DNA of 64,000 nucleotides, taken from NCBI GenBank assembly GCA_030141605.1, contig JAQGDQ010000115.1:434001-498000 (forward strand), written 5' to 3'. Position numbers and translations under genes: made by a program. This DNA is from Tubiluchus corallicola (lineage: Eukaryota > Animalia > Priapulida). The notes below the pieces were generated by a model. The model made no database searches, was not told the origin of the DNA, and saw nothing but the letters and a program-made list of their open reading frames with translations. Below, piece after piece: positions 53,301 through 64,000 of this stretch (its first letter is position 1; each line of letters opens with the position of its first letter).

Positions 53301-56300
53301 CCGATGGTATCAGTAGGGCTTTGTGTACGTAACCCTTGTTTGTGCAAGCAAAAAATCTTTCAATGAAAAGGGCCTCTGCGTAGGCTAAGTTTCTTCATCC
53401 TCCGTTTAATTCGCCGACGATTTTAATGTCCTTTAAATGAGCGACCTGAACTACAGTCTTTAACAATACACGGGATGCTTTTTCTGCTGGATAAAAATAT
53501 ATTCACAGCTAAAGAAAACATGCCGCTCAACTTCCATCAGACGTGTCCAAAATTTTTATAAACCAGAATCGTTCAAACAAGGACCTTTTCCGAGCCAGCA
53601 GGCCTCATTTCAAACGTGTGAAACTTTGCTATAACAAAGGTTCCTGTTGGTGAAAAAACTTCGGACGCTCTCAAAGAATAACATGCACCACATAACAGTG
53701 TCACTGAAACAGTTCTAATATTTATACACGGCGCGTAGTGTCAAATTTTAATATTAACGTTTCACAATTTATAAAAAAGAGGCAGTTAGTCCTGAATAAA
53801 ACTGAAAAAATCCCGTTCAGATGTTATGTATTTGACTTGAAATTCATTACTGAATTCAGATTTCATCGTGCTAACTCAATCAGTTATTCGGCAGGCTTAG
53901 TGTTGCTTAACTTGAGGCTCAATCTGACTCTTTGAACGCATAATCAATATTTGTAATATAATAGTCCAGTCTTTTAATAGTCCAACAGACCTTTCTGTTA
54001 CCTTGAGCTGTTTAGTACTTTATAAGTTTATATATGATCAGATCTATGCACGCCAAATATGTGCAAATCAATTGATCAACATTGTAGCGAAAGATTTTTG
54101 TTCAAATCGGCCGGACACGGCCACTACCCAAGATAAGAGTACAATTTGAAATCGAAAATATGCGTAATCAGCAGCGTAAAAGATTGACAGAGTACAAAAA
54201 CAGAATGCCTGCAACTTTGACAGTTATAGGAAGTATTTGCCTTGATGTTTTTCTTGAAGAAAGTGTTGCTGCAGTTAACAGGCTAGTAGTTTCTGGCAAA
54301 ATACCCCAAAGATAAGAGGTCCCATGGAAGAAACTGTAGTTTTTAGTAGCTGCTCTGCATTTTGGAATATCAAGGCTGAAAATTTGAGGGAAGATGCAAA
54401 ACAAGTATTACGACAAATCTGTGTTTGTTTAAGTTTAAAAACCAATAACGAGAAATACTGATAGCATGTTCCGTTAAAATAGCGATAAAAAGAAGGTCAA
54501 AGTGGTATAAGGAGAGGGTTAAGAGAGGAAAAATGCCCTTCGAAAACAACTCACAATTTACTACTCTTAAACTGTGATAATATAGGTCTAACAGACAGCG
54601 TATACCACCTCTTTAGCCATATGATCCATGTACATCAAATATATTTTAACCCACGTTTTGTGCAAGTTCTTTATTGCTGTTTGTCAATCATTTGATTCCA
54701 TTCTGTTCTTGTGGTTGCTCTCAAATTGTTCGATCCCTGCCTTGTCTGGAAGGGCTTTTATACCTCCCAATCAAAATTTGTATACATTTAGCGAAGCTTT
54801 AAGGTATATAGATTGCATAATACATTTTATACAGAGTAAATAGTATTGAGTTTATTTCAATATTGTACGTAATACTTGCTCGCGTTAACGTGTACGAAAT
54901 TGCTATTTGATTAATATAATTACTTCCCATAATGACACAGTGGCCCTGATACGGTTATAGTGTTACCACATTACAGTGTAGTTACAATTCCCTGGTTAAT
55001 ACTCTGCACTCACAGCAATTTCCAGTGAAGTCGTAAATTCGTCGAGTAATATAATTTTCATATAATATTTCCTTCAAACTTGCCTAATTAGAACCGACGG
55101 CGCAATTTTTAAATTTGCGGCTGCGCCAGAATGGCAAGACCGTAGATAATATTACTACGTACTGGCAAGAGTAGCCTGCCATTACTTTATTATGGAATAA
55201 AAAAGCGCTCTGGAGGAACTGAGTGTATAATACTAAAGTAAGAACATATAATTCGCGTGCATTTTGTAAAATATGTGGATCTAATAAAGCCGAAGACTCG
55301 AAGTTAAAGACTGGGCTAGTTTAAAAAGAGAACAAGAAAAAAAAAACAACGAAAAAAAGAAAAAAGGGCGAAAAAAGTAAGGAATAATAGTAAAAAGAAT
55401 TGGACGTCAGACAAAACAGACGTTTATTAACATAATAATAAAGGTGATGATAATAAATTTTACAGCAAGTAAAATGAAAAATTGCTTAAATTATTATTAA
55501 AATTTGAACCCTTTTGATTATAGTTACTTTATTTTTTATGAACATGAGATTTCATTCTGAAAACGCGCAATTTTGCGTGGTGATGTCTTTATTATTATTC
55601 TGACAATCAAGATGACTTAGTAGAACTATAGTGAAAAGTTAAACATTGAAGGAATAAAAAAGAAAAAGGATGATCAAGAAAGAACGAGAAGGAACAAATC
55701 TATAATGCCTTATAAGCGTGCAATGACTAACTCCAAGGGTTAGTGAGATGAAATAGTTTTAATGAGATAAATGAAAAAAATGAGGAAAAGGAGAACAAAA
55801 AAAAGAGAAAAGAAAGTGACGACGGAAAGTAAAATAAGAAAACCAAAAAAGGGAGAAAACACTAAAAGTACGTGTAATCATTGACCATTTTTTATGTGCA
55901 TTTTACACTGCGTCTGACTAAGTTGACCACGACATAAGTTTTTGTCTTTTACCTCTTCTGTGCTCTAATTGCTGATGCAAGTCCACATCATGTTAGCCGA
56001 CAATATTACATCCTGCCTTTGAACTTTGATACACATTTAGTCTAGAACCTAAAACAAAGTTAAACCTATAGGCGGTGTTAGAAGCGTGTAATTTGATTTT
56101 AACTGTGCCATACTAGAGCTAAATGAGCTCGACCCGCATTGCAGTATGACTCATGGGGCCGTTGCATTGATTGATACTAATTACTCTAATTGGTTGAAGC
56201 TTATACACCTGCAGTTGCTTGTGAACCTTTTCTAATGCCCGAATGAAACTGTTCGTACGCACTTGTAACGATTTTTTCGAACGTTGATATACAGCAGCGG

Positions 56301-57356
56301 AAAATGGCTGGAAACAACTTTGATGACCAGTCTTCACAAATTGTACTTCATCTGTCGAGTTAAATTTATATAATCGTTTCAAGTTTATTTAACCAGTGTA
56401 ATTCAAACTTTCTTACAGTTAGTATTAATGAATTAAACATTAAATGTTAACCAAAATAAAACTGTTTTTGATATAACATTGAAAACGTGAAATAAAATAA
56501 ATAAATAATAACACAGGAATTGTATGATCAAACCTATATATATATATATATATAAACGAATTTTATAGAGAATTTTCTTTACAAATCAGTCATTTCTAAT
56601 TCTCTGGAAAATGAGTTGCATCATTTCGAAATAAGGACAAAATTAAATTAGAAATAACTTATAAAATAATAAATCGTTATCCTTTTTAGAGAATTTGTCA
56701 GAAAGGGGGTTTTTCTGACGTAATACATGCTATAAGTTGTGCCGTTACCTTTGATTTACTCTGACATCATTCGTTCGTACATTCTCTCGTTCGTTCGTTT
56801 ATTCATTCATTTATTTACTTACTCGTTCGTTAATTAGTTCATTCTTTCTCTTACTTATCTATTCATTCATTTAAAGATGGTAACGGTTTCAAATAAGCAA
56901 CCTTGCAATCTTTTGACAACAACAGCCCTTACTATTTCGGTCTTGTAGTTCTTGTAAGTCGCGTACAGTGAGAACCATAAGTGGCTTTGGAAATCAGGCC
57001 TCATTTTTAACAATCAATTCATTGCTACAAACTTATATTGAAATAATAATGGCACATCAAACAAATTTGTTTCTAGTTTGACAGGAAAATGTTTTATGTA
57101 TCGGTAGGAGTGAAAAGTGTTTGTATTTCTTATAATATTCGAGGAAGGATTCAAATTAAAAAAGACGGAACACAAGTCTTTGCTCGCGAAACGCTTGTGC
57201 CACAAATAAATCCTCGTGAAAAATGGAAACCTCTAGTAGGAGTACCAAACCCACAAACTAATGCGCCTTCCAGGATTTTAGTTTATCATTTTTTATATAA
57301 ATAATTAGCACAAAATCAATGATAGCTCACTTTTTTCAGTTGATTCATAGCAGAGA

Positions 57357-58093
57357 AAGAAATGGAGCTGGGTCAGGAGGTCATGGTTGGTGGGTCATTT
57401 TGGAATTTCAGCTTTCTGGCGGGTCACAGGATGTGGATATGACCAAAGTGACCATGGTAAAAACGTTATGGTCATATTTTTTAAAAAAAATAAAACTATA
57501 GAATCACAAAATAACTCGCTATAGAAAACCACGTTTGATATTAAGATTACAGTTTCTAAAAGTCGCTTTTGCAGAAAGTAGTAAAGAATTACAGGACTAT
57601 GGGATCAGCATGACAAAGAATGATTTAAAGTGAAATGAGTGTGTAAACAAAAGCGTTCTAATAACGACAAATTTCCTTTGCCTGACTGGGGGCATTTACA
57701 GAGTAGTTTTGGTACTTCCCATGCTACTGAAATCTACGAGACTTGAAATACTCATTTGACGGTGAATCCATCATAGTGCAACTGCACGTAGCATACATAT
57801 ATTCTATAGTCATTTAGTTTGATAGTATGCCGTGTAGGTTTATCGCTACAATTGCGTTACAACTTAAGTACTTTGTTCCATGAAATCCTCTATATTCAAG
57901 CAATACATGTGCATATTGTTTACAAAATTGCAGTTTTTCAAAAACTAAGCCTGTGGTTTACTGCAGAGTGAATTAAGTGCGTCAAAATATGGGTCGGCCC
58001 TGCCCAGGCACGGGTCACTTTATTGCTGGTGGGTCGTGGGTGTAGGTCAAGTTGAGTCTAGGTCATAGTATTGTTGACCAACTTCCAGCTCTG
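57357..58093. mobile_element. Decayed hAT-like element with GGGTC(A) subterminal repeats
   Basis: The left end AGAAATGGAGCTGGGTCA and right end TGACCAACTTCCAGCTCTG are imperfect inverted copies. GGGTC motifs cluster near both ends. No TSD is visible. Confidence 0.5.
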
Positions 58094-58344
58094 GTTCAGA
58101 ATTCTAAACATCAGTTTAAAAATGCTCTTTTTTCATATTATATATAATATAACTTGGGTCGTGGGTAACAAAATAGCAAATTTGGGGGTCTCTGACTTTG
58201 ACTCTGACTACAGCAATTGTCCAGCAATTTCCTACTGAATACTGTAACTAAATTCAATTTTAGTTTTGAATTAATTCTACATCCAAGAAAGTTGCTGAAG
58301 GTAAGTCAAGAACAGTATGTACACCTTTGACCTTCCTCCTTGCA

Positions 58345-58612
58345 AGTGTTAAGGTTGCAGGTACTAAGTTGCGGGCAATGAGGTCGTGGATGTTAAGATT
58401 GCAGGTTTTGAGGTTGGGTGGTATTTGAGGTTGTGGATGTTGAGGTTGTGGTGCTGGGGTTGCGGATGTTGAGGTTGTGGGCGATGAGGTTACGAGTGCT
58501 GAATTTGTGGGTGTTGAGGTTTGGGGAATGATTGAGGTTGCAGGCCTGAGCTTGTGAATGTGCGTGTTGAGGTTGTGGTTGCCGAGGGTGTGGGTGCTAA
58601 GGGTGTGGGTTA
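58345..58612. repeat. Degenerate ~15-bp GT-rich minisatellite
   Basis: Consensus GTTGAGGTTGTGGRT, roughly 17 imperfect units. Confidence 0.8.
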
Positions 58613-60009
58613 TCAAGATCATGGTTGAGTCTGAGATCAAGGGTCTTTTGGTTGGCTTTCCTTTAAGTATGGTTAGTGATTCTTTGACTGGTGGCATCTT
58701 ACAGAGACAGAGTTTGAAGGCAACTGATAAATACAAAATATGCCTAAAAATTTTGTCCACTTTCAATATTTGTAAGGCAGTTTTAGTGCAGTTTTTTTAG
58801 CAGGTTCACAATGAAGTTTAACCTTAACAAATATATCTTTCCTATTCACTTTGTTGACCATAAAAACTAACAGTACGTTTAATCTTCAGCCAAAGAGAAA
58901 GCTTGAATAAAGCAATCGCAAAATACACGCTAGCCCTATTGCTTGCTAATGACCACTTGTTTGCCCTGGATAAGTTTCAACGCATCACTGCCAGAATGCA
59001 AAGTGTTTACCTGCGCGGTTATAGGCTTCAGCGCATGGCTACATCGAAACGCCAAGAGAGTGTTTTTCTGCACTTGCATGGAGAGATTAGTGTCAGTAAA
59101 ACTAAAATCAAAAGTATAAAACATGTACGTTACGGTGTCAAAATTCATGCAGTGTTGCCACAGCTTTGCCAATTCAAAGGTAACATATTATAGTAAACCA
59201 TTTTCCACTAGTTTTGCTCTGATGCTACTTTATAGTAATAAATGTGTTTGCCGTACTTTTCTTATAGTGAACGTAATATTTGCTTCACTTTTTTCGAATT
59301 ATCTTGTTCACCTAATCTATTACATGTACGTTGGTACGTACGTGCATGTACACTGTGCAGGGAACCATGTAACGCAATTATGTTTTAGTTACTATTCTGT
59401 AATTATGTGATAAAGAAGTTGCCGTCATTTTATTCGCAGGTGAAGTGTTGTTGAATCTTATTTTTTACAAACTGTACCTGTTTAAACTTATACGTTTCCA
59501 TATTTTCCATGAATCCCAACCTTTTCTGAGTAATAATTAATTGTGGTGATTTGTTGACGATAACCATAACCGTGGGGCTCTGTTATCGTTACACCATGTT
59601 GGCGATAACAGTAACTCTGTCAGTTGTTTTTGAATAGTTATAAATGGTGGCCAATAATTCGACAGTGCTAACTGATTGCTTGCATCAGTGAAAAATATGT
59701 AACGATAATGATATGTATGGCAGATAATTAAATTTCCATAAAATGAATGAATGAGTGAATGAATGATTAGATAAATGAGTAAGTAAATGAATGCGCAAGC
59801 AAATAATTAAAATGGCAGAATGAACAAAGAAATGTATGAATTAATGAGTTTTTATGAAGATGCATTTTAACGTATTTGCTGTTGAGCTGTGTGGAAATGT
59901 AAACTGTATAGCCAAAAATTTTGTTGTTGCTAGTTTAAGCATATTAAAGCTGTTACAAAGATACTAGAAAATGCTGTTATTAGCGTACTACTGAGACAAT
60001 ACAACTAAA

Positions 60010-60135
60010 CACCACGTGGCTTGCTAATATCCCAGCCGGGCCTTCTGCGCTAACTAGCCCCGCCTACTAAACTTTCTCGCATCGAATCAGAAGTAGATCA
60101 CGTGTAGGGGATTCATATCAGCCATGACGTCGCAA
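60010..60135 (+). promoter_or_regulatory. Candidate MEX3 proximal promoter
   Basis: CpG-rich patch 120-250 bp upstream of the ATG. It holds E-boxes CACGTG (60013, 60099), a GC box GCCCCGCCT (60057) and a CRE-like TGACGTCG (60125). Confidence 0.5.
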
Positions 60136-60257
60136 GAAGTCTTCATAAGCCGTTTGCCGCGCTGCTGAATGGAAACGGTTCTGTGTAACGCATAACTGAA
60201 TCAATTTTTATTTTTGTATTCTATCGTATTTTGTATTCTTGTATTACATTTTCTGTG

Positions 60258-60504
60258 ATGCCTACTAGTCTATACACCGACATGGAACGCTCCGGCGGTG
60301 CATTAGAAGACCAAAGAGCTCTACAAATAGCACTGGAGTTATCTATGCTTGGCTTAGAAACACCGAATCATACGACAAATGAGGATGGCAGTATTGACAA
60401 TGATGGCAACTTTGGTGATGTTAGACCGAGAAAAAGCTCAAATATGACCGAGTGTGTGCCTGTACCTAGTTCGGAACATGTGGCAGAAATAGTTGGTCGC
60501 CAAG
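60258..60504 (+). CDS. MEX3: MEX3 coding exon 1
   Basis: [12 protein letters not shown]...[16 protein letters not shown]...[11 protein letters not shown]|GTATCT. Confidence 0.92.
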
Positions 60505-63500
60505 GTATCTAAACTTTTTGGTTCAGTTTCTTCCCATGTTTGGTCCTTCTTCTCACTACTTTATAATTTTTATGGCTTAACTAACAGTCATTCTTTAGGT
60601 TTAATTGCTTTTCACACCGCTGACTGATCAATTTTCAGTTTTATAATAAATTCCCGAAAGTTGCTGAGGTGGGAATAAACTACTTAAGATTGCAAGTGGT
60701 CAGTTGCGTAATTTAAGTCTTAATATTTCTGTACTAGTAGTAGTAGTTGTAATAAAGGCTTTCGTTAGTTCCGTTTTACGTTTTTATTGGCATCTGGGAA
60801 GCTTAAATACATTAATCAGCTTGGAAAACGTTCACAGTACCTTAAATGCATTTATTAACTGTTGTGAAAAGTACTAAAAATGTTTATATAAAATATAGCT
60901 GAGTTGTGAAATGTGATTTTGTGGGTTGTTAAAGTTTCCATGCTCTTAGCCCAGTAACGATAAAGCACTACTATGTGTAAATGTTTTATCTTTGTTGCTG
61001 TAGCATACTTACAGTTACAGTGTGCGGAAAGGCTTTCCCACATGTTGAAACTAGTCCCTGTGTTTCTGTTTTCAGTATGCCTGCACTGACCTTTTCACAT
61101 TTTGTTCTGCTTTAAGTAATTGGTTGAGGTACAGTAGCTGGGTATTATGATTAAAAGCGCCTTGTATATGCACTGGAAAAGCCATTTTGTTTGGCTTCAC
61201 TTTAACTTTTTCACACTGGCAACTGGCAAGTACTACTACCTGCATACAGTTTAAACATGTGCAGCATATTAGCGGCAGAAAGTGTTCATTCCTAAATAGT
61301 AATCAGGCAAAATTATTTAAGTGACTCAAATTTGGTATTTAGATTTAGTTTCTTTGATATCTGAATGTTAATTTACTTTTGCAGAAATTAGAAACATAGT
61401 TTTAGTTAGCCTAGTACTCACTAAACACAACAATAATGCTGACCAAATGTTGACCTTGTGATGTGATTTAATCTGTGATTATTTTTGGCTTTTAAATGTG
61501 ATTTTGGAATTCAGTAAGCTGGTCATCCTCTGTAAAAAGTTAATGTAGATATGTCACACAATGCATTAAATGTTCTTTGTAGCCTAGAAATATTTTAGAG
61601 CATTTCTCGGTCGAGCGTGAAACATATTGTCATGAGTGGGACTCTCTAGCCGACTCTAAGTGCCTAGTTGTACACTTGGTCAAAATTGTACACTTGAGTC
61701 TTTAATGGTGTTCTGCATATATCTAATTTTAATGCACTATTTTCAGAGCTCACAGTTTTTTCTTTATTGCTCAAATTTCAGATGTCATTTATGTGATTAT
61801 GTCTGATCCATAGTTGTTATATAGTTAGACATCATTATGATTTTAGATCAATATTTAGTTATTTTTATTATTTATTCTTTCTGCCTTTCATAGGCTTGTT
61901 GTGCAAACTTCAACAGTAGCATACGCATTATCGTTATGGTCACAAGCTTATTTAATTAATGCATTCATGTTTTCTTTATTCATAGAATATTTGCTTTAGT
62001 ATAACAATTATGAAATCAAAGTTAATTAGTTAGCGAATAAAACCCACCTGAAAAAACTTAATTTCATCAAATGCAGTGTCAATGCAAAATCGGCTTTATC
62101 ATAATCAAGTGCGGCTATCAAAATGAAAAGGAATTAAATTCCAAATGTAGTTATTGATTAACAGTTTTGTAACTAATCAGTTCTGTCTCTTATGTATAGT
62201 GTTTTCTTACATATGTTTTTATAGTCCAAGAGTTCTCAAAAATTGACTGATACATTGAATTTGCATTTTTGGTATTTTTTACGCTAATCTATTTTTGTGC
62301 TGAAAATTGGTCATTGGTCGCGGAAATTATCGCACATTTTTGAATTTTGCCACATACTGTCTAGAATTAGTAATAAATCCTTAATGTGTTTTGTTTATGT
62401 TTTAGGTTGTAAAATCAAAGCATTGAGGGCCAAGACCAATACGTACATCAAGACTCCGGTGCGAGGCGAAGAGCCCGTGTTTGTCGTCACTGGAAGGAAA
62501 GAGGACGTGGGAGCGGCAAAAAGGGAGATTTTGTCTGCTGCAGAGCACTTCAGTCAGATCAGGGCATCAAGGAAGAATGGCATCACTACGGGAAGTAGTG
62601 GGACAACAAATGGTCTCTCAGGTCCACCAAATCCCGGTACTCCAGGCCAGACGACAATCCAGGTACGAGTTCCATATAGAGTTGTGGGGCTTGTTGTTGG
62701 TCCTAAGGGGGCCACAATTAAGCGCATACAGCAGCAAACACACACATACATAGTCACACCCAGTCGCGACAAAGAACCAGTATTTGAAGTGACCGGACTT
62801 CCGGAGAATGTGGAAAGTGCTCGGCGAGAGATTGAGGCTCACATTGCGGCACGCACAGGCGGAGTCATGGACGGAAATGAGGAAAATGAGTTTCACCACA
62901 ATGGCATCAATAATGGCATGGAGACCTTCCGGGCTAGTCCAAACGATCTTGTCGGCACCATGTACAAGACCGGATCTACCAACTCTGCCTTTACCTCTTA
63001 TGACAGCAATAACATTTTCAGCCCATCTTCTACTCAAGACACAAGCATTTTCACATTTCCACACGCTAATGGGTCGTCTAAGATCGCTGACCCAAGCGCG
63101 TTTAGTAATGGCTTCGGAGTTTATGAGACAGACGAAGGAATCGGTTCTCCAAGTTTCGATCCCTCAGCTCCTCCACCGAGCAGCAGCCCATTCATGTGGC
63201 CGTCAACTTCAGTGACACTTTTCGGAAATACAATCACCACCAACAGCATGAGCTTTATGGGGCCCCGTAGCACAAGCTTGAATGGTGTTACTCCGCCTCG
63301 CCTGTCTCCGACGTTGGACATCGACCATCCTCCAGCCCGCCGCATCCACAGCGATCCCATTGCTGCCGGCAGATTGGCAACCGTATTGCCAAATTTCACT
63401 TCGCTGCCAAATGGTGGCGTACAGTTCCCCTCGTCAAGTGCCAGCGGTAGTGTGTCGAGCAGTCCGACCGATTCAACCGGATCAAGGCGCAAGAGTTGCC

Positions 63501-63664
63501 GCGACTGCATCTTGTGTTTCGACAGCGAGGTCGTCGCAGCGTTGGTCCCTTGTGGACACAACCTCTTCTGCATGCAGTGTGCCAAGAGCCTGTGCGAAAA
63601 ACCAGATGCAAATTGCCCAGTATGTCACAACCCCGTCTCTCAGGCACTACGCATCTTTCCATAA
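60258..63664 (+). CDS. MEX3: MEX3 RNA-binding E3 ubiquitin ligase (2 KH domains plus C-terminal RING), 2 exons, 501 aa
   Basis: Exons 60258-60504 and 62406-63664 total 1506 nt. KH1 reads [21 protein letters not shown]|[27 protein letters not shown]2 reads [35 protein letters not shown], and the RING reads [26 protein letters not shown]...CPVC. Confidence 0.97.
62406..63664 (+). CDS. MEX3: MEX3 coding exon 2
   Basis: TTTTAG|GT TGT AAA (G C K) through ALRIFP TAA; part of the 455-aa ORF in the track. Confidence 0.96.
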
Positions 63665-64000
63665 ATCGTATCATGTATGTATCCCATATATGCACAGCCA
63701 GTAGGCCTATTTTGAGATTACCGTGTATCATACACTTGTTTACTATGTGGAGTTTGCCAAAATATGCATATATAATATATTATATAGTGTACCTGTCTTA
63801 GCATCTCCTGTTACTTGAGCATATATATAAATTTCTATATCGAAAACATCTTAAGATAGATCTACATAATATTGTATAGCTGGGATTATATAGCTGTAAG
63901 AGTGGCCTAAGCGCCTCTTTTGTATCTCATTCATAAAGTACAAAAATTAAAGACTCCTGCTGATGCATTCTTGTGAATGCATGTGTTATTGTGAGATTTA

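Noticed and set aside
52496-56382. Faint LINE-like peptides (KCFP..QPWI at ~52.7 kb, TLLCGA..FEMR at ~53.65 kb, LEKVHKQ at ~56.2 kb, all minus strand)
   Set aside because: Isolated, low-information motifs resembling different clades and not colinear as one element; would need a profile search.
60505-60515. MEX3 donor GTATCT as a U12-type intron
   Set aside because: U12 donors need RTATCCTT; this reads GTATCTAA, and the acceptor has an ordinary T-rich tract.
62481-63801. Overlapping alternative-frame and antisense ORFs in MEX3 exon 2
   Set aside because: Expected shadows of a GC-richer coding exon, with no recognisable domains.

Overview
AT-rich invertebrate (metazoan) genomic DNA. The repeat styles suggest a lophotrochozoan such as an annelid, but this is a weak inference. 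Two protein-coding genes lie on the + strand. The first is COG1 (conserved oligomeric Golgi complex subunit 1), reconstructed by hand as 23 coding exons from 3193 to 24562 with all splice phases consistent, giving about 953 aa. The second is a two-exon MEX3 KH-KH-RING gene, 60258..63664, 501 aa. A ~35 kb repeat-rich region with no recognisable gene separates them. Repeats include CR1/L2-type LINE remnants, a Penelope-like remnant with a degenerate hammerhead ribozyme, at least 9 copies of a chimeric tRNA/5S-headed SINE, tRNA-derived SINE heads, Tigger-, hAT-, Kolobok- and Helentron-like non-autonomous DNA elements, and micro- and minisatellites. The most striking unexplained structure is a ~98% identical 309-bp inverted repeat that brackets COG1 exons 18-19, a candidate circRNA, dsRNA or editing element. 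I found no prokaryote-type system and no large novel ORF. All calls come from manual reading; no searches were run.
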